Shown piece after piece: positions 12,630 to 26,567 of a stretch of 64,000 nt of DNA. The notes below the pieces were generated by a model, which had not been told where the DNA came from, did not search any database, and worked only from the letters and a program-made list of their open reading frames with translations. Source of the DNA: Octopus sinensis (lineage: Eukaryota); the NCBI RefSeq assembly GCF_006345805.1, contig NC_043018.1, positions 5,828,001 to 5,892,000 of the forward strand, written 5' to 3'. The stretch's first letter is position 1. Every line of letters begins with the position of its first letter. The translations under genes were made by a program, and so were the position numbers.

Positions 12630-13979
12630 TGAGTTGGCAACTGAGTTCCTGCCATTTTTTTTTAAATTTAGGAATCTATTTTTGAATCATTTTTGAATCT
12701 ATTTTGTTTTTTTTCTAGTTAATTTTTGTTTATTTTCAGATCATTAGAATGGAATGTCAAGTTAAGAAAATCGATCATTTCCGACACCTTCTTTTAATCA
12801 AGGTTCTAAGGTCGTAAAAGCTGCTGTGTATGGAGAGGGTGACATAGCTGAAAGAACCGCTCCTGATTGGCATGGCAAGTTCAAACATGGAAATTTTGAC
12901 CTCAAAGACGCACCTCATTCTGGCCGTCCAGTTGATTTTGATGAAGAGCTATTTAAACCAACCTTTGCACGAAAATTTTTGTCAAACAATGAAGGAACTG
13001 GCAAAGAAAATGGAATGCTCCCACACTGATATAGAGAAGCATCTACACTCAATGGCAAAGGTTCAGAAGTATCGAGCATGGGTTCCGCATGCTTTAAGTG
13101 ACAATAACAAAAATCAACGAGCCACAATCTCCACTGGTTTGCTTGCTCGTCACCACTCAACTCATGGACACAAACAACGATTTTTTACCAAATTGTTACT
13201 GGCGATGGAAAATGGTGCCTCTACATCAATATGAAACAGCATGAGGAATGGCTTAGCCCCGGTAAACAAGTGACACCATACGTGAAACAAGATCTTCATC
13301 CGCGTAAAACGATGTTGTGCGTTTGGTGGGACTGGGAAAGGATTATCTATTATGAATTGCTTGAAAGGAACCAAACGGTCAACGCGGAACTATGTTCAAC
13401 AGATTGAACGGCTCAACATGCCTATTCAAGAGAAAAGACCTAATCGTCAGCATGGAGTCTTCTGCTGCATGACAACACTCGCCTTCATATCGCCAATATG
13501 ACTAAGGAAGCCATTCAAACGCATGGCTGGGAAGTGCTGCCACACCCGCCGTACTCTCCTGATTTGGCACCAATGGATTTCCACCTCTTTTGATCTCTTT
13601 CAAATGCTATGCGCAGAGTTTTGTTCAATACTTATGCAGAATTGTGAGCTTGGTTGGATCAATTTTTCGAGTCCAAAATTGGGTGATTTCTACCAACAAG
13701 GTATTGAAAATCTTGTTAAACGTTGGGAAGAAGTTGTAAACAGCAACGGTGAATACATTATTGATTAATTAGTTGTTATTTTTTATTAAACCTTTTAAAA
13801 AATTTTAATTAAAAAAAACGGCGGGAACTTAGTTGCCAACCCAATATACATGTATGTCATCATCATCCGCTTTCCATGCTGGCATGGGTTGGATGGTTTG
13901 ACTGAGGAAGGCTGCACCAGGCTCAATCTGATCTGGCAAAATTTCTACAGTGAGTCATGGCTTGTCTAGTACATATATA

Positions 13980-14013
<34 letters not shown>

Positions 14014-17000
14014 CACCACCTGATCGTTGCCGATGCCAGACCCCTCTGGCACCTGTGCAGGTGGCACGTAAAAAGCACCCACTACACTCGCGGAGTGGTT
14101 GGCGTTAGGAAGGGCATCCAGCTGTAGAAACACTGCCAGATCAGACTGGAGCCTGGGGCAGCCCCTGGCTCCCCAGACCCCGGTCAAACCGTCCAACCCG
14201 TGCTAGCACGGAAAACGGACGTTAAACGATGATGATGATGATGATGATGATATATATATATATATTATATACCAGAAATGACTCTGATGACAGTGGCATT
14301 TACTTTTAAGGTCGTTCAGTTTTTCTCAACTGATCAAGTGGCTGATTGAATAAACCTATCAATAACGAACCTATAATGACTCCTGGAAACAGCTGTAAGT
14401 CATATTTATTGCAATAAAGAAAAATGGTAATGACCGATCGTGGCTGTTGCCAGCCTCCCCTCGCACCTGTGCCGGTGACACATAAAAAGCACCCACTACA
14501 CTCATGGAGTGGTTGGCGTTAGGAAGGGCATCCAGCCGTAGAAACAGTGCCTGATCAGACTGGAGCCTGGTGCAGCCTTCTGGCTTCCCAGACCCTGGTC
14601 GAACCGTCGAACCCATGATAGCATGGAAAACGGATGTTAAACGTTGATGATGATGATGCTCTGTGTTTCTTTCAATTACTTTCAATATAACAAAGAATTT
14701 AGTAAAATAACTTAGCTCTCATTAAGCTAGTGTTAGGAACATAAATTGTGACTAAGGTTTGGTGGAAGATTTTAATTCAAACCTTATGAAAACATGATAT
14801 TTGTACTCATAGCCAGATCTGGTTTCAGCCAGGTTGGTAACGAAAGGGTTAAATGATGACGATGATATTGAAAAGCATATAAACTCTTATATATTTTAAA
14901 CTGTTCTCCAAATGAAGAAGGATACCAAATGTACTTATTTCTATTTTTATTTGCCAGGATTGTTTCTCCCAAGAAAGCCACGTTTGATGAAATGGCCGAA
15001 TTTCACTGTCGGAATTACCTGCAGTTTCTGGAGTCTATCAATAAGTTCGATGACGAAGAGAAATACAGTGAAGAAGCTGAACAATTTGGACTAAGTGAGT
15101 CTTCCCCTGCTGCCCACCACTCCTAATTTTGTTACCCATTGATGTATGTTGAGGATGAGGACCCAACTGGTCATCTCATCACCACTGGTTATATTTCTTA
15201 TTTATTTATTGCCCACAAGGGGCTAAACATAGAGGGGAAAAACAAGGACAGACAAAGGGATTAAGTCGATTACATCGACCCCAGTGTGTAACTGGTACTT
15301 AATTTATTGACCCCGAAAAGATGAAAGGCAAAGTCTACCATAGCAGAATTCAAACTCAGAACATAAAGACAGACAAAATACTGCTAAACATTTCGCCCGG
15401 TGTGCTAACGTTTCTGCCAGCTCACTGCCTTTCATCTAAAACCATCCAACCAATGTTAGCATGGAAAGTGGACATTAAATGAAGACAGTGACAGCAGTGA
15501 TGACGACTGAATAAAAAACAGGAGTGAACAAGTATGGTCTTTTGGTTTGGGATGCTATGATCTTGAGCAGAATACTTTGTTTCACTCTCCTCTCTGCTCA
15601 CTTTGGCATCTGACATGTGGCACACTTGTTGATTTGCTGAGGGGAGCGAGCTTATGTAAACAATAACATTTGATCACCATAAAAGTACTACTGATGCTAT
15701 ATTCCTGGTAAGACAGCTGCAGGAGAAATACCTAGCCAAAGATAAGCCCTTGTACCTGGCTTTTGTTGACATGGAGAAAGCCTTTGACAAGGTCCCCCGA
15801 TCCCTTATCTGGTGGTCAATGAGGAAACTAGGGATAGATGAATGGTTAGTGAGAGCTGTGCGAGCCATGTGCAGAGACGCTGCTAGTAAGGTGAGGGTTG
15901 GCAACGAGTACAGTGAAGAATTCCGGGTAGAGGTTGGGGTCCACCAAAGTTCAGTCCTCAGTCCCCTCCTATTTATCATAGTCCTCCAGGCAATAACGGA
16001 GGAATTCAAGACAGGATGCCCCTGGGAGCTCCTCTATGCTGATGACCTTGCTCTAATTGCTGAGTCACTATCAGAACTGGAGGAGAAGTTTCAGGTGTGG
16101 AAACAAGGATTAGAATCGAAGGGCCTTAGAATCAACCTAGCCAAAACCAAAGTCCTAATAAGTAGGAAGGTGGACCAATCACAAACGACTTCAGGTAGAT
16201 GGCCCTGCTCGATCTGTAAAAAAGGTGTAGGTAGAAACTCTATAAGGTGCGCCAAGTGTAAGCTATGGACACATAAGAGGTGCAGCAATGTCAAAGGAAG
16301 GCTAACTAGGAAAATAGTTTTTATCTGTGGCAGATGCTCAGGAGCAATAAACACTGGAAATGTGTAGAGACCAACTTCTACCACGTTCCAGGGAGAAAAA
16401 CTAGAAGTAGTTGATAGCTTCCGCTACCTAGGTGACCAAGTCAGTAGCGGGGTTGGGTGTGCTGAAAGTGTAACGGCTAGAGTAAGAATAGCCTGGGCAA
16501 AGTTTAGAGAGCTCTTACCCCTGCTGGTGACAAAAGGCCTCTCGCTCAGAGTAAAAGGCAGACTGTATGATGCATGTGTACGTACAGCCATGCTACATGG
16601 TAGTGAAACATGGGCCGTGACTGCTGAGGATATGTGTAAGCTCGCAAGAAATGAAGCCAGTATGCTCCGATGGATGTGTAATGTCAGTGTTCATAATCGA
16701 CAGAGTGTAAGTACCTTGAGAGAAAAGTTGAACCTAAGAAGCATCAGTTGTGGTGTGCAAGAGAGACGGCTGCGCTGGTATGGTCATGTGACGAGAATGG
16801 CTGAAGATAGTTGTGTGCAAAAGTGCTACACCCTAGCAGTTAAGGGAACCTGTGGAAGAGGTAGACCCAGGAAAACCTGGGACGAGGTGGTGAAGCACGA
16901 CCTTCGAACTTTAGGTCTCACCAAGGAAATGACTAGAGACCGAGACCTATGGAAGTATGCAGTGCATGAGAAGACCCGGCAAGACTAGTGAGGCCATAAC

Positions 17001-19015
17001 CCGTGGCCCCTACCTGGGACGTAGTCAGTCCACCTGTGCATACCTTCCTTCTTGTAACACTTGTGAAGACCTGTTGAGGCAAGTGAGAATCAAACCAAAT
17101 CAAAATAGATGAACATCAATGGAATTTGTATCCTTGTGGCACATAAGAAAACCATCCGAAAGTGGCCGTAGCCAGTACCGCATCGACTGGCCTCCGTGCT
17201 GTGGGCATGTAACGGACACCATCCGATCGTGGCCGTTCGCCAGCCTCGTCTGGCACCTGTGTCAGTGGCACATAAAAAACACCATCCGAGCGTGGCCGTC
17301 TGCCAGCCTCGTCTGGCACCTGTGTCAGTGGCACATAAAAAACACCATCCGAGCGTGGCCGTTCACCAGCCTCGTCTGGCACCTGTGTCGGTGGCACATA
17401 AAATCACCCACTACACTCTCGGAGTGGTTGGTGTTAGGAAGGGCATCCAGCTGTAGAAACACTGCCAGATCTGACTGGCCTGGTGCAGCCTTCGGGCTCC
17501 ACAGACCCCAGTTGAACCGTCCAACCCATGCTAGCATGGAAAGCGGACGTTAAACGATGATGATGATGATGATGATAAAGGGATCTTTTTGGTCTGAACG
17601 GCAGTTTTTAACATAATTTCCACGTAACTAAACACTTTTAAACTTCGTATACTGGTAGAATGTGTTTATAAAACATCTTTTTCTCTTGGCTTTATTGGGA
17701 AAATTCTATAGTTTGTAAGACATTTGTTGTTGTTTTTTTCTTCAATTTCTGTAATTTCAACCAATCACTGACGTCTATTGAGGTGAAAACATTCTGTGCC
17801 GTATCAATATGTCCCTCGTTTAAGAAACAGATTGGGTTTATTTACATTTGTGAAGAAAAAAAGATATCCTTCCCCCACCCCTAACCCTAAAACAGATTGA
17901 AATGCAATAGATTGATACTAAGGTCATAATTATGGGTGACAATTTCATATGACACCGCTAGAAAAAACTGCCGTTCAAACCGAAAAGATCCCCATAAAGA
18001 AATCAAACATGCAGGTTGTTCAATAAGAGGTGGCAGAACTTTCAGCTGTTATTTATGATGTGGGAGTTCACGATCGTAATGAGTTGCGATGTGATGTCAC
18101 TGGTGCCAAGCTGTATCGGCCTTTACCTTTCTCTTGGATAACATCAGTGATGTGGAGCGGGGAGGCTGGTATGCATGGGCGACTTCTAGTCTTCCGGAAA
18201 CAACCTTGTCTGGACTTGTGCCTGGAAGAGGAACTTTATCCACTATCATCATCATCATCATCATCATTTAACGTCCGCTTTCCATGCTAGCATGGGTTGG
18301 ACGGTGCAACTGGGGTCTGGGAACCCAGAAGGCTGCACCAGGCCTAGTCTGATCTGGCAGTGTTTCTACAGCTGGATGCCCTTCCTAACGCCAACCACTC
18401 CGAGAGTGTAGTGGGTGCTTTTTATGTGCCACAGGCACAGGTGCCAGACGAGGCTGGCAAACGGCCACGATCGGATGGTGCTTTTTACATGCCACCGGCA
18501 CGAAGGCCAGTCGAGGTGGCGCTGGCTATGGTCACGTTCAGATGGTTCTCTTATGTGCCACTGGCACTGGTATCACAGCTACAAATTCCATTGATGTTGA
18601 TTGACCATTGATGTTTGAATAAAAGATGGGATTGACATGGGTTGAGGAGGAGGAGGAGGGGTGAACTCTTGACTGTAAGATGAATAGGGAAAATGAAAAC
18701 GAACAAAGATAAGGGTAATTTAGGATTACAGTGAAGAGAAATTTGTGTTGCAAGATTCCTGATGTGAAATTGTTTGTTGAAACAGATATTTTTGTATTTT
18801 GGGATACTCTTTTACTTGTTTCAGTCATTTGACTGCGGCCATGCTGGAGCACCGCCTTTAATTGAGCAACTCGACCCCGGGACTTATTCTTTTGTAAGCC
18901 CAGTACTTGTTCTATTGGTCTCTTTTTGCCGAACTGCTAAGTAACGGGGACATAAACACACCAGCATCGGTTGACTAGCAATGCTAGGGGACAAACACAG
19001 ACACAAACACACACA

Positions 19016-19057
<42 letters not shown>

Positions 19058-21183
19058 TACGACGGGCTTCTTTCAGTTTCCGTCTACCAAATCCACTCAC
19101 AAGGCTTTGGTTGGCCCAAGACTATAGTAGAAGACACTTGCCCAAGATGCCATGCAGTGGGACTGAACCTGGAACCATGTGGTTGGTAAACAAGCTACTT
19201 ACCACACAGCCACTCCTGCGCCTATGGTTATTTTTATTTCTATTTTTTTTTGCCAAATAAACACACGCACTGTATATTCGTTCTTCTCTCCTTTATTACT
19301 GTTCTTATTTTAACTCCTGTCCGGAAATCTTGCATCACACATCTGTGACCTCTTTGGCGACACTTTTTGTTTTCGTGTGTGCTCTTGCTCCACTTACTCT
19401 ATTCTCAGTAATAAACAATTGAAGAACAAATATATAGTGCATGTGTTTATTTGGCAAAAAAAAAAAATGACCATCCTGAAATACAACAACATAGTGAAGA
19501 GAAAGTTACATTGGTAACCAGCTAGAGGTGGTGTCCTCTTGGGGGCTAAAAAATGGCAGTAATGTCGATTTGTACAGAACAATCATGTTGAAGTGACAAC
19601 AAGCATTATTTCTCGGTATAGTTACCGCTTGTCGCCTTACTGGCACTTATGCCTGTGCTAGTAGGGTGCCAAGAGCACCATCTGAGCGTGATCGTTGCCA
19701 GAGCAGCCAACTGGCTTCCATACCCGTGGCACGTAAAAGGGCACCATTCAAGCGTGATCGTTACCAACGTCGCTTTACTGGCACGTGTAAAAAGATTCGA
19801 GTGAGGTCGTTGCCAGTACCGCCCGACTGGCCTCCATGCCGGTGGCATGTAAGAAGCACCCACTACACTCTTGGAGTAGTTGGTGTTAGGAAGGGCATCC
19901 AGCTGTAGAAACTCTGCCTGATCAAGACTGGAGCCTGGTGTGGCCCTCTAGTTCGCGAGCCCTCAGTCAAAATCGTCCAACCCATGCTAGCATGGAAAGC
20001 GGACGTTAAACGATGATGATGATGATGATGATTTCTTATAGAAATTTTCCAATTTGTTTGTTGAAAGCTATTTCCCTTTGTAATAATAAATCTCCGTACG
20101 AAATGTAAACAGTAACCGCTCGACAACGTAAAGTATACTAGTCATCTCAATATGGCTAACCACTAAGGGTGGGTGTTACTGTAGCTTTTAGAAAGTGTGC
20201 CTAAAGCCAGCTGGTGACAATGATCTGGGGCTAAAAGCTACAGTAACACCCACCCTTAGTGGTTAGCCATATTGAGATGGCTAGTATACTTTACATTATT
20301 TCCCTTTGTATTAATGGTCAAATCAGAAGACATCACACTTTTTTGTTTTGCTTCCTTCACATTTTGTAGGTTATGACTGTCCCACCGAGAAGGGTGTCTT
20401 CAACTACGTGAGCCACATCGCTGGTAGTACCATTGAAGCGGCCCGCTGTCTTGTGGATAAAGAAAATCCTTGCCAAATAGCAATCAACTGGTTTGGAGGT
20501 TGGCATCATGCTCACAGGTAAGGGTTTTGTCTTGAATGATCTATTTTATTCACTTCACAGTCATGAGGTGTGGGGTTCAGTCCCACAGTATGCCATCATC
20601 ATCATCATCATCATCTTCGTTTAGCGTCCGCTTTCCATGCTAGCATGGCTTGGACAGTTCAACTGGGGTCTGGGAAGCCAGAAGGCTGCCCCAATCCCAG
20701 TCTGATCTGGCAATGTTTCTACAGCTGGGTGAATCTCTTTTACCGTATATATAGGTGCAGGAGTGGCTTTGTGATTCAGGAGTTTGCTTCCCAACTGCAT
20801 CGTTTTAGGTTCAATCCCACCGCATGGTACCTTGGGAAAAACGTCTTCTACTATCTAGCCATGGGTTGACCAAAGCCTTGTGAATGGATTTAGTAGATGG
20901 AAACTGAAAAAAAGTTTCTTGTGTGTGTGAGAAGAAGACCCATCAAGCTGAGCACAATCGCAGTTGTGGTAAATACTGGTGTCACGCAAATGGCACCCGT
21001 GCCAGTGGCATGTAAAAGCACTCTTTACTCTCTCAGAGTGGTTGGCGTTAGGAAGGCCATCAAAGTGTTGAAAACCATGCCAAATCAGACTGGAGTCTGG
21101 TGCATCCTTCCAGCTTACCAGCTCTGGTCAAAATATCCAACCCATGCTGGCATGGACAATCGATGTTAAGTGATGATGATATA

Positions 21184-21226
<43 letters not shown>

Positions 21227-24200
21227 TGTCATGATAGATCGCTAGCCACTACACATTCTTTATTTTCTCTCCTTGTTTCTTTCTGTGTTCCTTCCTTTGG
21301 AAGAGCACAGGCTCAAAACAAAGACTTTTTCACTTCCTAAGCGTTATACTAATACATCTGTTTGTTGTCTACACCACCTGTCTTTGTTTTTTGTTTTTTT
21401 GTGAATTCTCCCCCTATATATATATATATATATATGTACACACACATACATACATGGTGGGCTGAAAAGTTCCCATTGCAAAAGGACTGGTTGGAGGCCC
21501 AACCTTCCAAATTCTTTTACAGGGCTTGAAAAAGCTGAAGGAACACTGCAATAAGTGTGTGAATCTGTGAAGGAGAATATGTTGAATAAAATCATAATTA
21601 ACTGACCCCCCTGTATTTTCTTTTACCCAAAGCCAGGAATTTTCAGCATCTTCTCGTATATGTGTGTGTGTGTGTATCTGTATCTCTTTGTCTTGCCATT
21701 GCGTGATAGTCATAAAAGAGTGCCACTATCATGTTCATTCATAGAAATACCCACATCATCATTCATCATTGTTCGACCGTGGTCGAGACAATGGAATTTA
21801 CCATGTTGCGCCAGACTTCACGGTCCATCATAGCATTACGGAGGTCCTGTTGCTGCATGCCTGTATCCCTGGAGATTACATCAGGGTAGGAGAGTGTGCG
21901 CCCTCTGGTGTTGCGAGTAGATGGCTTCCAGAGGAGAAGAGTAGAAATTACTTCTTTTTCAGCTCTACAACAATGTCCAGCAAACTGGACTCTCCTACCT
22001 TTCACAAGAGATGACACAGGTGGTAATTTCCCATATATTTGCATTTTAGTTGGATGGCGCCTCCACGAGAGATTTTGAGCTCTCATAAGGAGGCGAGTGT
22101 AGGTTCCATCCAACCGCCTCTCAAGCTTCTTTGATAACGTCCAGGTTTCTGAGCCATATAGTAGGATTGGTTCGACTGTGGCTTTGAATATTTCAAGTTT
22201 GAAGTCTCTACTTAGATTTGATGACCAGATCTTATGCATGTCATTACAGGCTGACCAGGCCATACCCTTTCTAGTTAGAAAGTCTTTTCCAGATGATGAT
22301 ATGTATGACCCAAGATATTTATAATCAGAAACCATATTTAAAGGTGCACTGTTGAGAGTGTGGATGATGCAATCACTGTTGGACAGGCACTTGTTTATGT
22401 ATTCAGTTTTGGTCTCATTGAGGTAAAGACCTACACAATTTGAGGCTTGTTCAAGAGATTGTAAAAGAGACTGGGCATTGGAGAGAGAATCACTGATAAG
22501 AGCGATGTCGTCAGCAAAGTCAGTGTCTGTCAAGTACTCAGCTGGGTGTCTGGAACTTCTTCTTGGTTTTATTTCAAAGCCCTTGCCAGAGATGGTATCA
22601 ACTGACATATGTAGCACATAATCAACAACAATGATGAAAAGAAATGGGGCGAGTGTGTCTCCCTGCAGTATTCCGGCCTCGATCGAGAAAGATGATGTTT
22701 CTCCATCAGGGGTTAAGATGGTTGAAGACGTATCTGTGTAGAGGACCTTGATGGCAGAAATAATTTTGTCTGGTATCCCATAGAGCTTAAGGATTTCAAA
22801 CATCTTGCACCTATCTACAGAATCGAACGCTTTAGAAAAGTCTACAAATACCATTGCAAGATCGCGATTAAATGCTTTTGATTCTTCAATAAGTCTCCGC
22901 AGGCATAGTATCTGGCTCAGCGTTGAGCGCCCATGTCTGAATCCATTTTGGCTCTTTCGGAGCAAAGGTTCAACAAAAAGGACAAGACGATTTAGGATCA
23001 GTTTGTTGTACAGTTTTGCAGCAATTGACATTAGAGATATGCCCCTGTAGTTGGTGACGAGGGACAAATCGCCTTTTTTGGGTATTGGAATGATTTGAGA
23101 TTGGTACCAAATCTTTGGAGCGACAAAGGTGGAAAGTGTGTGGTTGCAGAGGTTAAGCAAAAGTGTGTGAAATCTATCATCCTTCCAAATCACAGCCGGA
23201 ATGTTGTCGGGACCAAATGCTTTCGAGGCTTTTAGTTGCTTGGTGGCTGCTGTTAGTTCAAATATGGTAAAAGGGGAGGTGTTGATGTCCAGCGTGTCTG
23301 ATATAGGCACACTTGGGAGAGTGGGGTTATCAGGGATTTTAGCATTCTTCCCAAGGAGGTTTTTAAAATGGGTTGACCAATTTTCTAAACGCTTCTTAGC
23401 TGATCCCCCTTTAATTCTAATTGATGACCCAGAATTTTTGCCTGATAGGTCTTTGATGGATTTCCAGGCGAGATGGTGTTTTTTACTAATGTGCTCTTTC
23501 GATAGTTTACTAATTTTGCCATTGATAAATTCGACCTCGGCGTTCAAGTAAGCCTCATCAAGATTCTTCCTGGCAGCTATGAGTTGGATCTTCAGTGACT
23601 GGGATGGAGAACGGTGGTAAGCTAGTGATATAGACTTTAGATGGTTTCTGGCTTCGATGACATTTGGGGAATTAGAAGGTTTGCTCTGGCCCCTACTCTT
23701 CCTTTTGGGAAGAGTAGCCAGTGCAACTTCCTCTGTTGATTTGATGAGGCTGCTGTATACTTCCTCAATGTTCTCAGCATCTATTTCAGAAGTAGACAGA
23801 GATTGAAATTTGTTATAGACCTCAATAGTAAATTGTTTGGACATATCGGGGTTAGATAAGACTTCCTCCCAGTCGATCATTTTGATCGGGTGAGGCTTAG
23901 TTTTTTGGATGAGCGAAGACTAAGCTTAACGGTAGCTGATACAATTCTGTGGTCAGAGCCGACAGAACTAAAGGAAGAGTAGGATCTTGAGTCCTTAACA
24001 CTATTGCGCCATTTCTTTTGAAAGATGAGGTAGTCAATTTGTGCCCTATCACCAAGTGGGGACTCAAATGTCCAAAGTTGACCTTTTGGTTTCATAAAAG
24101 AATTGTTGGAGGTGTAGAGATTAAATTCCTCCAAGAAGTCTTTGAGCATTTCTCCGTTCCGATTGGTTTTAGAGTTGAAAGTAAACTTGGTCTCATCGGG

Positions 24201-24591
24201 TCCTAGTCTAGCATTCAGATCACCAGCTATAACCAGAAAATTATGGAGAGGTACTTGCTCAATGGTTGAACGAAGGGTTGTATAGGGTTGTACACCCACA
24301 AGGTTATCAACCACCTCACCAACAACAACACTGAACACCTTTTTGATCTCCATGTGTCTAACACACGTGGACATGCCTACAAAGTCAGAAAACAACACAG
24401 CTCCCATGACTTTCGGAAACATTTTTTCACGCTCAGGGTTGCTGAAGCGTGGAATAAACTGCCTGCGTCAGTTGTTGACTGCCATGACACTGCATCCTTT
24501 AAGGCCCTCATGCTTTCCGAAATCCGCCGAAACTACACCTGATTATATATACACTTTAGATGAGTTGTAGTGCACCTGAGCACTGTACACA

Positions 24592-24629
<38 letters not shown>

Positions 24630-26425
24630 GAACTGTTCCCTTACTAGCAATATCGCCTGGCGTTGCTCGGGTTTGTTTTGACCCTTTAAATTTGGAATTT
24701 TTGAAAAGTAAAAATTTTGCATTATGTAGCTTGTTATTCTCTTTAAGTGAACATTTTTCTGGTTGAAACACATCGAAAAATGGCATCACAGCAGTCAAAA
24801 AATTGTAAAAAAATAGGGATTTTCATAGAAAAAAAAGCACCTTTTTGATGTAAATAATTTTTGGTGTTAACATGGTCTGATTTGAATTTTTTCTTCTAAG
24901 GAAGCAAGAGCAAGCCTTCTATCATACTCTCAATTTTGGTCAACTTGCGCCGCAGGGTCTTGGAGGAGATAGTGTTAGTTGAAGGCTACCAAATCTGCCA
25001 TACACAGACAACTTCAGCTTTATATATATAGAGATTTGGAAACAGGTGAGGATTGGTGACAGAAACAAATTCTGGTTGAGCCATGCTAGCATAGAAAACT
25101 AGACGTTAAAATGATGACAATAATGATGGCATCATTGTAATTCTTGCTACTGTTACCATACATTGTTTTGCCATCATCTGCAAAGCATGAGAGCCTCTTA
25201 GTGGTTGTTCTAGCTGTTAGAAATAGCAGCTGCATATAGCTAAAATTACACACTAGTGTTTTTTATGGACATGTTGCATAATGTATTCTTAGACAGCAAC
25301 GTGTATCAAGAGAGAGTCATGGTTGAAAATTCTCTGGTCATAGCTTTGGTCAGTCAACACTCTCTTTCATTTCAAATCTTCTGGGGGTATGTCTGGCTAT
25401 GAGGAAATATTACTTTACTCAGAAACAGGTGAGGGTTGAAGATAGGAAGGACATCCAGCCGTAGAAAATCTGCTTCAACAAATTCCATCTGACCCATGCA
25501 AGCATTGAAAAGAGGACGATAAAACAGTTATGATGATCAAGGATGGTGAGTGATGATGATTGATGATAATGGTGATGGTGATTGTTTATGATGACTAATG
25601 ACGACTGACAATGTTGATGGTGATGATTGCTGTATGTCAATTCTTTCCTTCTTGATCCCTTCCAGAGATTCTGCATCAGGATTTTGCTACGTCAACGACT
25701 GTGTTCTGGGAATTCTGGAATTAAGGAAAACCTTCACTCGCGTCCTCTATGTAGATCTCGATTTGCATCATGGAGATGGTAAGAATTTTGATATTTTTAT
25801 ATTTCTGATTTCTCTTTCTTTTCTTTTTAAATTTCATAAAAATTTTTTCGGTAGTTTTTATAGAACGATATTGTAGTGTACTCAATACATTCTATAAGAT
25901 GTAGAAAAGTTTAGTGAAATCAAAGGTATGCCAACAATGGTCAAAAACTTTGTTCGCAACAGGTTTTGAATCACTATTGTTTAACATCCGTTTTCCATGC
26001 TGGCATGGGTTGGACGGTTTGACAGACGGTGGCCAGCCAGGGAGCTGTCCAAATAAAAGAATAAAAAAGTGATGTAGAGCGCACTGCTAACACAGTAGAA
26101 CATGGCAACGACTTATAAAATTGTTTATTACACTTTGTAGTATATCATGGTTACGTAACAAAATATCATGTCCCTACGGGTCATTAAGATTTACAGACCA
26201 GCTCTCAGAAATGTGTTTAATATGTAAAATGGAGATATCCAATAATGTTGTACTGCCATAGGCGCAGGAGTGGCTGTGTGGTAAGTAGCTTGCTAACCAA
26301 CCACATGGTTCCGGGTTCAGTCCCACTGCGTGGCATCTTGGGCAAGTGTCTTCTGCTATAGCCCCGCGCCGACCAATGCCTTCTGAGTGGATTTGGTAGA
26401 CGGAAACTGAAAGAAGCCTGTCGTA

Positions 26426-26482
<57 letters not shown>

Positions 26483-26513
26483 TATATATAATATATATAT
26501 ATATATAGATATA

Positions 26514-26567
<54 letters not shown>

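Noticed and set aside
12083-12696. Long Tyr/Ile/His-rich ORFs, including the N-terminus of ORF 11030-12655
   Set aside because: Translations of (TA)n/(TATG)n microsatellite; the same applies to ORFs at 43353-44754 and 49760-50198
24560-24766. Signal-peptide-like poly-Leu ORF
   Set aside because: Translation of the (ATT)n tail of the CR1 fragment
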